From Desulfatiglandales bacterium (GTDB lineage Bacteria > Desulfobacterota > DSM-4660 > Desulfatiglandales > HGW-15): a stretch of 64,000 nt of DNA. This document shows, piece after piece, positions 41,224 to 51,094 of this stretch. Every line of letters starts with the position of its first letter. Positions within the stretch are counted from its first letter, which is position 1. The notes below the pieces were generated by a model. The model saw only the letters and a list, made by a program, of their open reading frames with translations, was not told the DNA's origin and ran no database searches. The position numbers were made by a program, and so were the translations under genes. The DNA lies in assembly GCA_963667015.2 (NCBI GenBank), contig CAXXJJ010000001.1, positions 2,336,001 to 2,400,000 on the forward strand. Direction: 5' to 3'.

Positions 41224-41616
41224 ATGCAGAAAGTATATGATTTCTTAAAAGAATGCGGAACTTATTATCTCGCCACTGTAGATGGTGATCAGGCCAGAGT
41301 ACGCCCCTTTGGTACCTACCTTATTTTTGAAGATAAGCTCTACATCCAGACCGGAAAGGTAAAGGATGTTTCAAAGCAGATGATGGCAAACCCGAAGGTT
41401 GAGATCTGTGCCTTTTCAGGTCAAAAATGGATACGTATTGCTGCCACAGTAGTAGAGGATGACAGGATTGAAGCAAAACAGGCCATGCTGGATGCATATC
41501 CCCAGCTGCAGGCAATGTACAAGGCTGATGATGACAATACTCAGGTCCTGTACCTTAAAGATGCTATTGCCACAATTTCTTCTTTTGGCGGCGAACCTGA
41601 AGTAATAAAATTCTAA
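41224..41616 (+). CDS. Pyridoxamine 5'-phosphate oxidase-like split-barrel flavoprotein
   Basis: YLATVDGDQARVRPF, KQM.ANPKVEI. Confidence 0.88.
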   Translation: MQKVYDFLKECGTYYLATVDGDQARVRPFGTYLIFEDKLYIQTGKVKDVSKQMMANPKVEICAFSGQKWIRIAATVVEDDRIEAKQAMLDAYPQLQAMYKADDDNTQVLYLKDAIATISSFGGEPEVIKF

Positions 41617-41633
41617 TAGAATACACACATACA

Positions 41634-41661
41634 CCTGAAGCCGGAGAAATCCGGCTTCAGG
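41634..41661. terminator. Strong hairpin between convergent genes
   Basis: CCTGAAGCCGGA-GAAA-TCCGGCTTCAGG, perfect 12-bp stem with GNRA loop. Confidence 0.65.
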
Positions 41662-41672
41662 GCTGCCTTTCT

Positions 41673-42587
41673 TTATTTCAATAAAGAATATAATTTTTCC
41701 TTAACTGCCTGTGCCCATATTTCGTATCCCTTTGTGGTGGGATGCAGGGCATCACCCATTACATCCTTGGGAATAAAACCTTTCTCATCCAGAAATTTAT
41801 CACCAATATCCATGTAATAAACCTTATTCCCATCATGCAGTTTTGATATCTTTTTATTTATATTATCAATGGTATCCCGAACCGGATCGCCGGGAGTGCT
41901 TCTCGGGAAAACAGCAAGGAGCAGAATTTTTGCCTTTGGAAAATCCTTCTGTAACTCCAGTACTACAGCGCCTATCCCCTCTGCTATTTCATCAGCATTG
42001 TTCTGGGCAGTGTTATTGGTCCCTATCATAAGCATAACGGCCTTTGGGCTGAATCCCTGGCCTTCACCATTCTGGAGCCTGTAAAGAACTCCCTGGGTCG
42101 TATCTCCTGCAATTCCGAAATTGGCAATCTTGAGATCCCCGAAATATTTATCCATAACCGGTTTTCCGGCGTTTGCACCATCAGAATTTCGCCAGAAATC
42201 CGTGATGGAATCACCCATAAAGAGCACCTCAATATCACCCTGCTTTGCGACCTGAAGATTGTCCTGATGTTTGGGGCGAAACCATCCTGCAAGGTTGGGA
42301 ACTATTGCAGTATTCGGACGGGGAACGCGTACTGCAATTAATCCGGGATATTTTCTATTTATTTCTTTAACAGTCGGATCAGCCTTATTAATAAAATTTT
42401 TAAGGGCCTTTTCAGCAATTTTCACCTCATCAGCAGTGGGGCGGGGAATTGCTACCGCAGCAGGGACAGGGGCCTTTTCCGGGGTGGCGGGCTGCGCAAA
42501 CAGACTGCTTCCCGAAAAGCCTGAAAAGACAAACAACAGAAGAAACAACACAAGACAGATTTTTTTCATTCGATTATCAGATTTCAT
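41673..42587 (-). CDS. Secreted SGNH/GDSL hydrolase (PAF-acetylhydrolase-like)
   Basis: Signal peptide; GDSIT, NFGIAGD, IGTNN, DALH blocks. Confidence 0.92.
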   Translation of the reverse strand: MKSDNRMKKICLVLFLLLFVFSGFSGSSLFAQPATPEKAPVPAAVAIPRPTADEVKIAEKALKNFINKADPTVKEINRKYPGLIAVRVPRPNTAIVPNLAGWFRPKHQDNLQVAKQGDIEVLFMGDSITDFWRNSDGANAGKPVMDKYFGDLKIANFGIAGDTTQGVLYRLQNGEGQGFSPKAVMLMIGTNNTAQNNADEIAEGIGAVVLELQKDFPKAKILLLAVFPRSTPGDPVRDTIDNINKKISKLHDGNKVYYMDIGDKFLDEKGFIPKDVMGDALHPTTKGYEIWAQAVKEKLYSLLK

Positions 42588-43365
42588 TACATGCCTCCGT
42601 TTAAATAATTGAAAATAAAAATAAATTTACTTGTCTGCAGTATAATAAGTGGGTGATTTGAAGATTAAGTTAATATAGAAAAATTGCAGGGAGTTATCAA
42701 GAGGTGTCAGTCGTTTTTTTAAATATATTAGTAATATCTGATTCACTTTTAGAAGTTGGTAAATCTAACCCCAGAGCTGTGAAATATTAATGTTTTGAAA
42801 GGACTTTTTTATCTTTAATCCGTTGTGGGAATGTGCTGGATTTTTTGCCCGGAGATTTACGATATTTAAATTATTTTAGTCTTACATTGGTAAAATACTT
42901 TTAATTTTATTTAAGCTTAAAACAAAATGTGTCTAAAATATTTCTGAATGGATTCATATCTGTAATATCTTGATATAACTACCTATTATAATGCTGCCAC
43001 CGAAGCTCACTGGTTTTAGTATGTATTTTTCTGCCGGTTTATTGCTATTTTCAGAAATAAAATCTGCTTAATTAATTTGAATTTAAAAAAAAATGCATTT
43101 GGGTATTTTTTTTTTAAAGTTTATTCATGGATGTTCCGATGAAAAAATTGAAACACGGCACAGGATGTTAAAATTATATGCCTGATGACTGTACAGCAGT
43201 TTGTCAGGAGTTAAAAGTGAAAACAATAGAGTCTAGCCTGGAACGTTATTTAAATCTCTGGAAGCGACACCGGGCTACAGGGCCAGGGATTATTAAAGGC
43301 CTGCGAAAATAGCAATTTAATAAAAAACAAAATATTTAACTTATTTAATGGAGGAATTTCTAGAC

Positions 43366-43797
43366 ATGAAAACATTTACAAAAATACTACTTGCATCTAT
43401 GGTATTGGCTTTCTTTTCAACAACAGCTTTTGGACAGCAGGCACTGTACAACAGCCTTAACAAAAGAATGGCAATACTCTATAAAAATGGCAAAACCATG
43501 GAAGCTATAGCTACAGCACAGGAAGTAGTAAAAGTTGCAGATGAAACCTTCGGTAAGAATCATGCATATTATTCAGCGTCACTCGAAAACCTGGCACTTC
43601 TTTATGTTGCAGAGGGAAATAATGAAAAAGCAGCTAACCTTTATGAGGAGTCTTTTACAGTAAGGGAAAGTCTTCTTGGTAAAAACCATCCGCGTCTTAA
43701 AGACGTTCTTGAAAAACTGGAAAAATGTTATGAGGCCATGAGGGCGTCTGACAAGATTCAGAATGTAAAGGCAAGAATGGCAAGTCTTCAGAGCTAA
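43366..43797 (+). CDS. Small secreted TPR protein
   Basis: GGAGG RBS; signal peptide ending AFG; FGKNH..Y..SLENLA.LY and LGKNHP kinesin-light-chain-type TPRs. Confidence 0.85.
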   Translation: MKTFTKILLASMVLAFFSTTAFGQQALYNSLNKRMAILYKNGKTMEAIATAQEVVKVADETFGKNHAYYSASLENLALLYVAEGNNEKAANLYEESFTVRESLLGKNHPRLKDVLEKLEKCYEAMRASDKIQNVKARMASLQS

Positions 43798-43817
43798 CAG
43801 ATCTGCCTGTAAATAAT

Positions 43818-43852
43818 AAAAAAGGCCCCGTCCTGTGGACGGGGCCTTTTTT
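43818..43852. terminator. Bidirectional intrinsic terminator
   Basis: A6-GGCCCCGTCC-TGT-GGACGGGGCC-T6. Confidence 0.9.
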
Positions 43853-43947
43853 ATTGCGGAATGCAAGGTCCGGTATCCTGCCCCCTGCAACGTTTGAAAA
43901 GAGTTATTCCCCGGTCAATGCCCGGTATCCTGCTGTATGTCGTTTAT

Positions 43948-44412
43948 CTAGCGAATTCCCCTTGAATAGTTTACAAGCATAACCCGGTGCTTTTTCGTAT
44001 CATTTTTAATTAATTTTAAAAGCTTATCCAGCTTCTCATCTGTTGTATGAATCAACCCGGTAAAACTCTCTTCATCAAGCTCCACTTCAATTTTAGCCCC
44101 AATTGAATAAGCCTCGGCTTCTGATAAATTCTCTGAAGATGCCTTTTTAAGGATCTCATTTAATTTTGAAATAAATTCCTTGAGTCTTTCTATTCGTAAA
44201 TCAACAGAAACGGTGGCTTTTTCTTCGCGGACCGCCTGACATACCTTATCCATAATATTGGAATGAAGTTTTTCCTCTCCCGCAATGGTTGCCCAGAATT
44301 TTTTTACCGGTGCCGTAAAATCACTTTTTTTTGAAAATCTGGTATACAGTCTGGCAAGGACGTCTTCTATCCTGATCAGATTGGTTATTATCTGTTCTTT
44401 ATGATTATCCAT
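43948..44412 (-). CDS. Ferritin/rubrerythrin-like four-helix protein
   Basis: IE...A.LY, EE..H, IE, DT..H spacing typical of the diiron fold. Confidence 0.6.
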   Translation of the reverse strand: MDNHKEQIITNLIRIEDVLARLYTRFSKKSDFTAPVKKFWATIAGEEKLHSNIMDKVCQAVREEKATVSVDLRIERLKEFISKLNEILKKASSENLSEAEAYSIGAKIEVELDEESFTGLIHTTDEKLDKLLKLIKNDTKKHRVMLVNYSRGIR

Positions 44413-44434
44413 AACTCTCTGCCCGGTATTTCGA

Positions 44435-45346
44435 TTATCTTCCCTGATCCTGATCTTCTTTTACTCCAACCTGTGCGAAATAATTGATGATGCCGTCCGG
44501 ATCATCCAGCCATATGGTCAAAAGAGCGAAACCCTTCATTATATTCAATGGTTGATCAATAACAATTTTACGGGCCTTTGCCATTGAATCCACCTTTTTT
44601 GCATCAGATATCACATACTGTATTCCTCCACTGCCTGTATCAGCAGGAAGATCAGATCCGAAACAGCGAAGGCTGACAGTTGTTGAACCATGGCGGAAAG
44701 GGTATTTAATCGTATCAAACAGGGAGTCTTTTTCTGGCGGCAATTCATCTAACCCCACAAAATCCCGGTAAAATGCCCTGCTCCTGGCCAGGTCCGAAAC
44801 CACCAGACCTATTTCAATCCCCTTACAGGCAGCCTCCTCTGCCTGTGGAACAATCACCAGTTCGACCCATTGCTCATCCGGGTCCTGAACAAGAGCAAAG
44901 CTGCGTCCGGTTTCCGGAACAGGTTTAAAGATCGGAACCTTGAGTCCATGATCCTTAAAACTTTTTTCCAGGTCATGCTGATTTGTAAAAAAGAAGGTTA
45001 ACAGCCGTAGTCCGGTGGCATCAGGAATATTGCCTCGATGATAGCTTCGGTTGGGAACCTTCCCGGACAGCTTTACCTGAGAATCACCTGCCTGGAATCG
45101 TGCGACCCTGCTTCCTCCGCCCAGATTAAAGGTCATTAATTGTTCAAGACCAAGCACCTTCCCGTAAAAAAGATTCATGGCTTCGACATCCGCATCAAAG
45201 CGCCTGAACACATTCATGGAGGGCTGTATCTGGAGGGGTGCAACTGTATCGGCTCGATCAGGGGAATTATTTTGAGCAAAAGATGTTGTGCCTGTCAAAC
45301 ACAGGGCGGCTATTATCAGAAATAAAAAAAGTAATTTGATCATCAT
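44435..45346 (-). CDS. Secreted two-domain VOC (glyoxalase-fold) protein
   Basis: Signal peptide; FY..VLGL...DPD..VEL repeated twice. Confidence 0.82.
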   Translation of the reverse strand: MMIKLLFLFLIIAALCLTGTTSFAQNNSPDRADTVAPLQIQPSMNVFRRFDADVEAMNLFYGKVLGLEQLMTFNLGGGSRVARFQAGDSQVKLSGKVPNRSYHRGNIPDATGLRLLTFFFTNQHDLEKSFKDHGLKVPIFKPVPETGRSFALVQDPDEQWVELVIVPQAEEAACKGIEIGLVVSDLARSRAFYRDFVGLDELPPEKDSLFDTIKYPFRHGSTTVSLRCFGSDLPADTGSGGIQYVISDAKKVDSMAKARKIVIDQPLNIMKGFALLTIWLDDPDGIINYFAQVGVKEDQDQGR

Positions 45347-45576
45347 TTTCTCCAAAAATAATATGTTAAAAGTGTGGCGGGGACTGACTGTGCCTAATAT
45401 TAATAACAGCATGGATTTTAGAGTCTCACCTACTGTATGTCAATAAACAATCTCCCCGTTGTCTTATGACTATTATTTACTTTCTTTTCCTGATACTTGC
45501 CAACATTCAATAAAAGGATTATAGAGATTTAAAAGAGACGGTTTTTTACAATTAATATCCATGCGGAGGGTGATTC

Positions 45577-46083
45577 ATGGCTGCAACGATTGATGACATA
45601 CTGGAAAATTATGAGAAAGACCTTGAGAACGCAAGGCAGGGCAAATGTCAAAAGATCAGCTGGTGCACCGATTTTAAGGAGGCCTTTTTGAGGACCTACA
45701 ATGAAAATTACAAATCAAAGCTGGAGGCGATAAAAGAAAAACTGGCGGCAAGAGGTCACAGTGCCTATCTTGATGAAGAATCTGAGGATGATATTTTCTA
45801 TGGGTTTTCATTTTCCCTGATTCCCCGGCACCTTTTAACCGGACCCATTGACAGATTCTTCCCCAGTTCGATTAAATCCTCCATCTCTTTTAAGGCAAAT
45901 GAACATACATTGACTATAGATGTTGAGACAGCTATTCGTCCGGTAATTGATAAATCGGAAAGCAGTATTGTGGAAAAGATCCCAAGAAATGAGTTTTCAG
46001 AAGAACGTCTGCTGGAAGGAATTAAATCATTTATTGGAAAAGTTTTTAATGAGACAATTTCTATGGACTTTAATAAGGAATAG
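45577..46083 (+). CDS. Hypothetical protein
   Basis: 168-aa ORF with GGAGGG RBS; no recognised motif. Confidence 0.7.
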   Translation: MAATIDDILENYEKDLENARQGKCQKISWCTDFKEAFLRTYNENYKSKLEAIKEKLAARGHSAYLDEESEDDIFYGFSFSLIPRHLLTGPIDRFFPSSIKSSISFKANEHTLTIDVETAIRPVIDKSESSIVEKIPRNEFSEERLLEGIKSFIGKVFNETISMDFNKE

Positions 46084-46322
46084 GAAAAGGGTTTAAAAAC
46101 ACCGGAGCCAGCAACTCAAAACTGAAAACCCAATACCTGTAAATAAGTAATTTACTGGTTAATACTTATCAGCCCGGGTACCCCGTAACCTGCCGGAAAT
46201 GAACAGAATATTATTTATATTCCTCTCTTCCCACCTGCTGTTTTGATTTTTTTTAATATTTCCTCTATCCCACCCTCAATTGGCGTCAGTGTAATTGATT
46301 TTTGTACTGTTATTCTGCAATA

Positions 46323-46338
46323 AGGCACTGAATTTGCA
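46323..46338 (+). promoter_or_regulatory. Sigma54 -24/-12 promoter motif
   Basis: AGGCACTGAATTTGCA (GG-N10-GC, TTGCA), 45 nt before ATG 46383. Confidence 0.6.
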
Positions 46339-46382
46339 TGAAAAGATCAGATGGCTTTCCACTTTCAACAGGCAGGCAAAAT

Positions 46383-48323
46383 ATGGAAAAAAATAAATTA
46401 ATTAAGATAGGACATTATACTGTCAGACACCAGATTAATAAAGACTGCGAGAGCAGCGATTTTCTGGCCTTTGATACCGGACAGGACCGGCAGGTTGAGA
46501 TAAAGGCATTCAGGATCGGTTCGGATCATATTGAATCAATATTGCTGCAAACACAGGCTCTCAGCGAATTAAGGCACCCTAACATTTTATCCTTCTATGA
46601 AATTGGAGAACAGAAAGGTTTTCCCTATTTGGTTTCAGAATATTATGACAGCGAAACCCTGGCCGACCTGATTAAAAGTAAAAAGTCCTTTTCAGTTAGT
46701 GATGCTGTGAAGAGGATGAGTCAAATACTTGACGGTATCTCATATGCCCATAATCAGGGGATCATCCATAATGATTTAAGACCTGAAAATATTCTGATCG
46801 GGGATGACGGAGGAGTAAGAATCAGGGGTTTCGGTATTTCAATAGTGATTAACAGCCTGAAAGGCTCAGATAACAGGCAGAAAGAGATAACCCGGTATAC
46901 GGCACCAGAATGTTTCCTTAAGGGGGAAGCATATAAAAGTTCGGATGTATATTCCCTTGGTATGATTCTATACGAAATGCTTACCTTAAGACCAGTTATG
47001 GTTGCCAGTAAAAGGGAAGATATGATGTATAAAATTGCATATGTTCCTACGGTACATCCTTCCCTTGAGAATCCGGATGTTGATCCATTACTGGACAGTA
47101 TTGTCGAGAAAGCCACTCAGAAAGATCCAGTGGCCAGGTTCCGGAATGCAACTGTAATGAAGAAGGCAATAGACTACTACCTTGGGTTGCCGGAAAAGGA
47201 GGAACTGCCGGAGCCCGAAAAATCAGACAATCAGGGCATTCTTAATCTGCTTTTATCCCGGATGGAAAATAATTCGGATTTTCCGGCCTTTTCAAAATCC
47301 ATTATGGCTATCAATGAAAAGACCTCAAAGGATCAATATGTTTCTGCCAGAGACCTTGCAGATATCATTATGAAAGATTATTCCCTGACAAATAAGATGC
47401 TTACCCTGGTCAATTCATCCTTTTATGGGGGTTTAGGGAGCGGGGTTACAAGTATTGAGCAGGCAGTTATTATTCTTGGGTTGGAGCAGGTCAGGCTCAT
47501 GGCAGGTGCCATGATGGTCTTTACACAGATCCAGGATAAATCAAATATAGATGAGCTTAAGGATTCCATGATTAAATCCTATATGAGCGGATTAATCGCA
47601 ATAGAGGTCGCAAAACAAGTGAAATCAAAAGATGCTGAAGTTGTATTCCTCTGTGCAATGTTCCAGACCCTGGGAAGGAATCTTACAATTTATTATATGT
47701 CTGACGAGTACTCTAATATCAGGGTTTTAATGAATGAAAAAGGCATTGACATATCTTCCGCATCCCATGAAGTCCTAGGGGCATCATTAGACGAGATAGG
47801 TGTGTGCGTAGCCCGTTACTGGAAATTCCCGGAGGCTATAATCTACGGCATGCGGAGTCTCCCTGAAGGGGTTGTCAATAAACCTGAATCAAAACTGGAA
47901 ATGATTAGACATTTTTCTATTTTTGCCAATGAGATATGCGATGTTGCCGGACATGGATTTGATGATCAAAGCATAAATAAATTAATCCAGCTGATGAAAA
48001 AGTTTGAACCCGGTATTTCAATCTCTGAAAAAGATGTTTTCAGGATACTTTTTGATTCCATAGAAAAAATAAAAAATCATGCATCTGTCCTTGGTATCAA
48101 TGCCGAAAAAAGTCGGTTCATTACGAGTCTGTTCAGTTTTGCTGAAGGAGGAGAAAGCAGTGAATTGAATCGACATATAAAATGTACCGGTACTGCTGAA
48201 ATATCCCATAGCCCGGATGAACAGAAAGCCATTGATGATATAAGTGGAAAGAAACCCGACGGTTTTCGAACTAGGTTGATTCCGTTATGGAAAAAATTAA
48301 CCGGGAACAGAAAACTCAAGTAG
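46383..48323 (+). CDS. Ser/Thr kinase-like domain fused to HDOD domain
   Basis: HPNI, HNDLRPENI, YTAPE, SDVYSLG; then DFPAFS...D.SLT.K.L.LVNS.FY...AVIILG (HDOD). Confidence 0.88.
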   Translation: MEKNKLIKIGHYTVRHQINKDCESSDFLAFDTGQDRQVEIKAFRIGSDHIESILLQTQALSELRHPNILSFYEIGEQKGFPYLVSEYYDSETLADLIKSKKSFSVSDAVKRMSQILDGISYAHNQGIIHNDLRPENILIGDDGGVRIRGFGISIVINSLKGSDNRQKEITRYTAPECFLKGEAYKSSDVYSLGMILYEMLTLRPVMVASKREDMMYKIAYVPTVHPSLENPDVDPLLDSIVEKATQKDPVARFRNATVMKKAIDYYLGLPEKEELPEPEKSDNQGILNLLLSRMENNSDFPAFSKSIMAINEKTSKDQYVSARDLADIIMKDYSLTNKMLTLVNSSFYGGLGSGVTSIEQAVIILGLEQVRLMAGAMMVFTQIQDKSNIDELKDSMIKSYMSGLIAIEVAKQVKSKDAEVVFLCAMFQTLGRNLTIYYMSDEYSNIRVLMNEKGIDISSASHEVLGASLDEIGVCVARYWKFPEAIIYGMRSLPEGVVNKPESKLEMIRHFSIFANEICDVAGHGFDDQSINKLIQLMKKFEPGISISEKDVFRILFDSIEKIKNHASVLGINAEKSRFITSLFSFAEGGESSELNRHIKCTGTAEISHSPDEQKAIDDISGKKPDGFRTRLIPLWKKLTGNRKLK

Positions 48324-48417
48324 GGGTATCCCTGCACCGATTTCCTGATAATTATTTTTTACGAGTTCCCAGGCCTTGAGCGCAAGAGTAAATTGTACCC
48401 GTCCTGAAAACACTATC

Positions 48418-48552
48418 CTAATGGTCTGAATTTTTTCTACAGCAGGGGCATTTTCCTTCGTTTTTACTGATCTGCGATTGAACAACACGATAACCGCAGT
48501 TACTGCATCTCATCCTTTTCTGTATCTCGCTCAATATAAGCTTGGTGTCCAT
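48418..48552 (-). CDS. 44-aa zinc-ribbon-like small protein (below ORF-track cutoff)
   Basis: MDTKLILSEIQKRMRCSNCGYRVVQSQISKNEGKCPCCRKNSDH*; two CxxC pairs. Confidence 0.55.
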   Translation of the reverse strand: MDTKLILSEIQKRMRCSNCGYRVVQSQISKNEGKCPCCRKNSDH

Positions 48553-48891
48553 TTTATTATTTAATCTCTTTTATAGTTAATTGTACCTATCCTGGTTCAG
48601 CAGGAGAAATCCAGGCAGGTAGTTTCATCAATGGTGCATGATTTTAACTGTTCTTATTTCACATTCTGTGCCAAACCAATCCTCTCCACTAACTAATAAT
48701 TATTACAAAAGAATACAGGAATTATGATTTTATTTCTGCAGGCTGGGTTATGGTTTTTGTGCCCTTTTTGTATATGTCTGTCTGATAAATAATAAATTTT
48801 GGTATGTTGTCCTGGAGGAAAAGCGAATGAATATCACACAGGTTCCTGCTGTTTTTCAACTGGAGCCTGTGTGACAAAATACTCGTGAATG

Positions 48892-49995
48892 TTATTTAAG
48901 GAAGTAATGTCCCCACACAGGAAATGGTGGCGGCTCCTCACCATCTTTCAGAGGTTTGGGTTTAAGGTATTCAGGAGGCCTGACGATTTCATATCTCAGT
49001 GCATTGGGCTTGCATGTGATGATACACAGTCCGCACCCTTTACAGTTTTCAGGGATAACCGAGGCCTTCACCTTTTTGGGATTACCCGGTACAGGTTTGA
49101 ACTCGATGGCTTCAAAGTAACACCGCGATTCACATTTTTTACAGCCATTGCATTTTTCTTCATCTACTACGGCTGCAAAACGATTGGGTGTCATGAGGTC
49201 ATAACGTTTTGACTGTCTGATGGGAAAGAGGTTTTCACAGCATGTATCACAGCAGTAACAGTCCCCCCAGTGGACAAGGCCGGCCCTTTCCGCCTCCCTT
49301 GCGGTTTCAAGTGCCTCTTCAAGGGTTACTTCCTTTAATAAACGACCCGGCTGTTTAATGTAGTATTCTCCTCTTGGCCTGTCAAAGGCGGAAAAGCAGG
49401 TCATACGAGGTTTTTCGCATTCATGTCCCCAGGAGATTCGGCATCCGCACGGGGAGAGTATCCTGCTTTTCGCATCAATGATCTTCTGTTTGAAATTTTC
49501 TTCGGGCAGTATGTCCTCGGGTTTTATATTGGGGCTGAGTTCAAGGGCAAGGATTGATGGAGATATGGGAAGGTTCTTGCCAAGCGCCTCGATCATCTCC
49601 TCTATATGCTTCATGAATTCATGGCACCATTCGTTGTAGAAAAAATCCTTCCAGAGGGACTTTTGCTCCTGTGTCATTGCATAGGGGCCTGTATGGGGGG
49701 CCACATCAGCGCAGCATTCGTGATGAAATGCAAGGAGTGTTGTATGGAAGGCATACTGTGTGAGTCCCCGGGTAAGCATACCCTTGTCCACCAGGACATC
49801 CAGCTTTTTTTGAAGCTCCTTTTTATCCATATCCAGACGTTCGGCCAGTTCAGGACAGGTGGCCGGTTCAAAGAGCTCCATACAGATCTTTGCTTCCACC
49901 GGTGTAAAGGTGGCCTTTAAAATCTTAAGAAAACGTTCTGATTCCCAGACACCCAGTTTATCGGACAGTTCCTTATACACGGGATCAAAAGTCAT
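48892..49995 (-). CDS. 4Fe-4S binding protein with N-terminal winged-helix-like region
   Basis: CGCR, CYCCDTCC, CNGCKKC..RC, CKGCGLC...C; GGAGGG RBS before ATG 49995. Confidence 0.85.
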   Translation of the reverse strand: MTFDPVYKELSDKLGVWESERFLKILKATFTPVEAKICMELFEPATCPELAERLDMDKKELQKKLDVLVDKGMLTRGLTQYAFHTTLLAFHHECCADVAPHTGPYAMTQEQKSLWKDFFYNEWCHEFMKHIEEMIEALGKNLPISPSILALELSPNIKPEDILPEENFKQKIIDAKSRILSPCGCRISWGHECEKPRMTCFSAFDRPRGEYYIKQPGRLLKEVTLEEALETAREAERAGLVHWGDCYCCDTCCENLFPIRQSKRYDLMTPNRFAAVVDEEKCNGCKKCESRCYFEAIEFKPVPGNPKKVKASVIPENCKGCGLCIITCKPNALRYEIVRPPEYLKPKPLKDGEEPPPFPVWGHYFLK

Positions 49996-50016
49996 ATTAC
50001 CCTCCACTTAAAATAT

Positions 50017-50046
50017 TGTAAGGGCACGATGCATCGTGCCCCTACA
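50017..50046. repeat. REP-like palindrome (GTAGGGGC...GCCCCTAC type)
   Basis: TGTAAGGGCACGATGCATCGTGCCCCTACA, near-perfect 30-bp palindrome. Confidence 0.7.
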
Positions 50047-50101
50047 GTTAGTGTTGTCAAAAGCTGGTTATTTCTATTCCTGTGACATGGCATAATAAAC
50101 A

Positions 50102-50752
50102 TCACATAACACTGCCAATCCATGAAAACCAGGCATCAAGTCCTTCCCCGGATTTAGTTGAAACAGGGAGAACGGCTGCTGACTGATTTAAACCCTTTAT
50201 TATCTCCGGGAATGTTCCCATGTCAAAATCAAAATAGGGGTGAACATCGATCTTGTTTACCAGTACAATATCCGCTTCCATAAAGATAACCGGGTACTTG
50301 TAAGGTTTATCGTCTCCCTCGGGAATGCTTAATATTACAACATTTTTATGAGCACCAAGGTCAAAGTCTGCGGTACATACAAGGTTCCCCACATTTTCTA
50401 TAAACACAAGATCCAGTTTTTCAGGGTCCAGATTGTCTAACGCCTTTTCTATCATCCTGGCATCAAGATGACACCCGCCACCGGTATTGATCTGCAAGGC
50501 CTTTACATCCAGCTTTAATATTTTATCAGTATCAATAGAAGAGGCAATATCTCCTTCTATAACAGCAATATTATATTTATCTTTAAATTGATTTATTGTT
50601 TTGGTTATCAGGCTTGTCTTGCCGGAACCGGGAGATGACATTATATTGATCATCCGGCAGTTATGTTTATCCAGCATGGATCGGATCTGCTCTGCAGTTT
50701 TATTATTTGCGCTTAATATATCTTTTTTAACGCTTATGGTTTTTACATCCAC
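50102..50752 (-). CDS. hypB: Nickel-incorporation GTPase HypB
   Basis: SSPGSGKT, IEGD, CHLDA, ENVGNLVC, EGDDKP.KYP, NKID. Confidence 0.95.
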   Translation of the reverse strand: MDVKTISVKKDILSANNKTAEQIRSMLDKHNCRMINIMSSPGSGKTSLITKTINQFKDKYNIAVIEGDIASSIDTDKILKLDVKALQINTGGGCHLDARMIEKALDNLDPEKLDLVFIENVGNLVCTADFDLGAHKNVVILSIPEGDDKPYKYPVIFMEADIVLVNKIDVHPYFDFDMGTFPEIIKGLNQSAAVLPVSTKSGEGLDAWFSWIGSVM

Positions 50753-51094
50753 CTAGATAATCTCCATGCTCTCAATGTAGAGTTCCCGGCCGCCGACCAG
50801 TTCTATGGCCTTTTTATTACATTGAGGACAGTTGAATTCAAGCCCGCTCCTTGGAAAAATAATATCACAGTCCCGACATCTCAACTGCGGTTTTGTAAAA
50901 GTATACTCGATAACAGCTCCCTCAGCGATAGTACCTTTTGCCATAAAACCGAAATAAAAATTAACAGCATCCTTTTCTACGCCGGTCAGCTCACCAACAA
51001 CCAGCTTAATACTGATGATCCTTTGCGCGTTGTCCTTTTTTGCGTCTTTAAACGCCGTGGACAGCAGGGCTGCAACTATGCTCTGTTCATGCAT
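50753..51094 (-). CDS. hypA: Nickel metallochaperone HypA
   Basis: MHE start, CRDC and CPQC, GREL.I. Confidence 0.95.
   Translation of the reverse strand: MHEQSIVAALLSTAFKDAKKDNAQRIISIKLVVGELTGVEKDAVNFYFGFMAKGTIAEGAVIEYTFTKPQLRCRDCDIIFPRSGLEFNCPQCNKKAIELVGGRELYIESMEII

Noticed and set aside
43145..43280. c-di-GMP-II-like riboswitch upstream of the TPR gene
   Set aside because: Has GAAAC and GGAGTTA-like bits and two hairpins, but no convincing GGCACTT/AGTG pseudoknot; needs an Rfam cmsearch.
43870..43933. Direct repeat CCGGTATCCTGC twice
   Set aside because: Only two short copies with no associated element.
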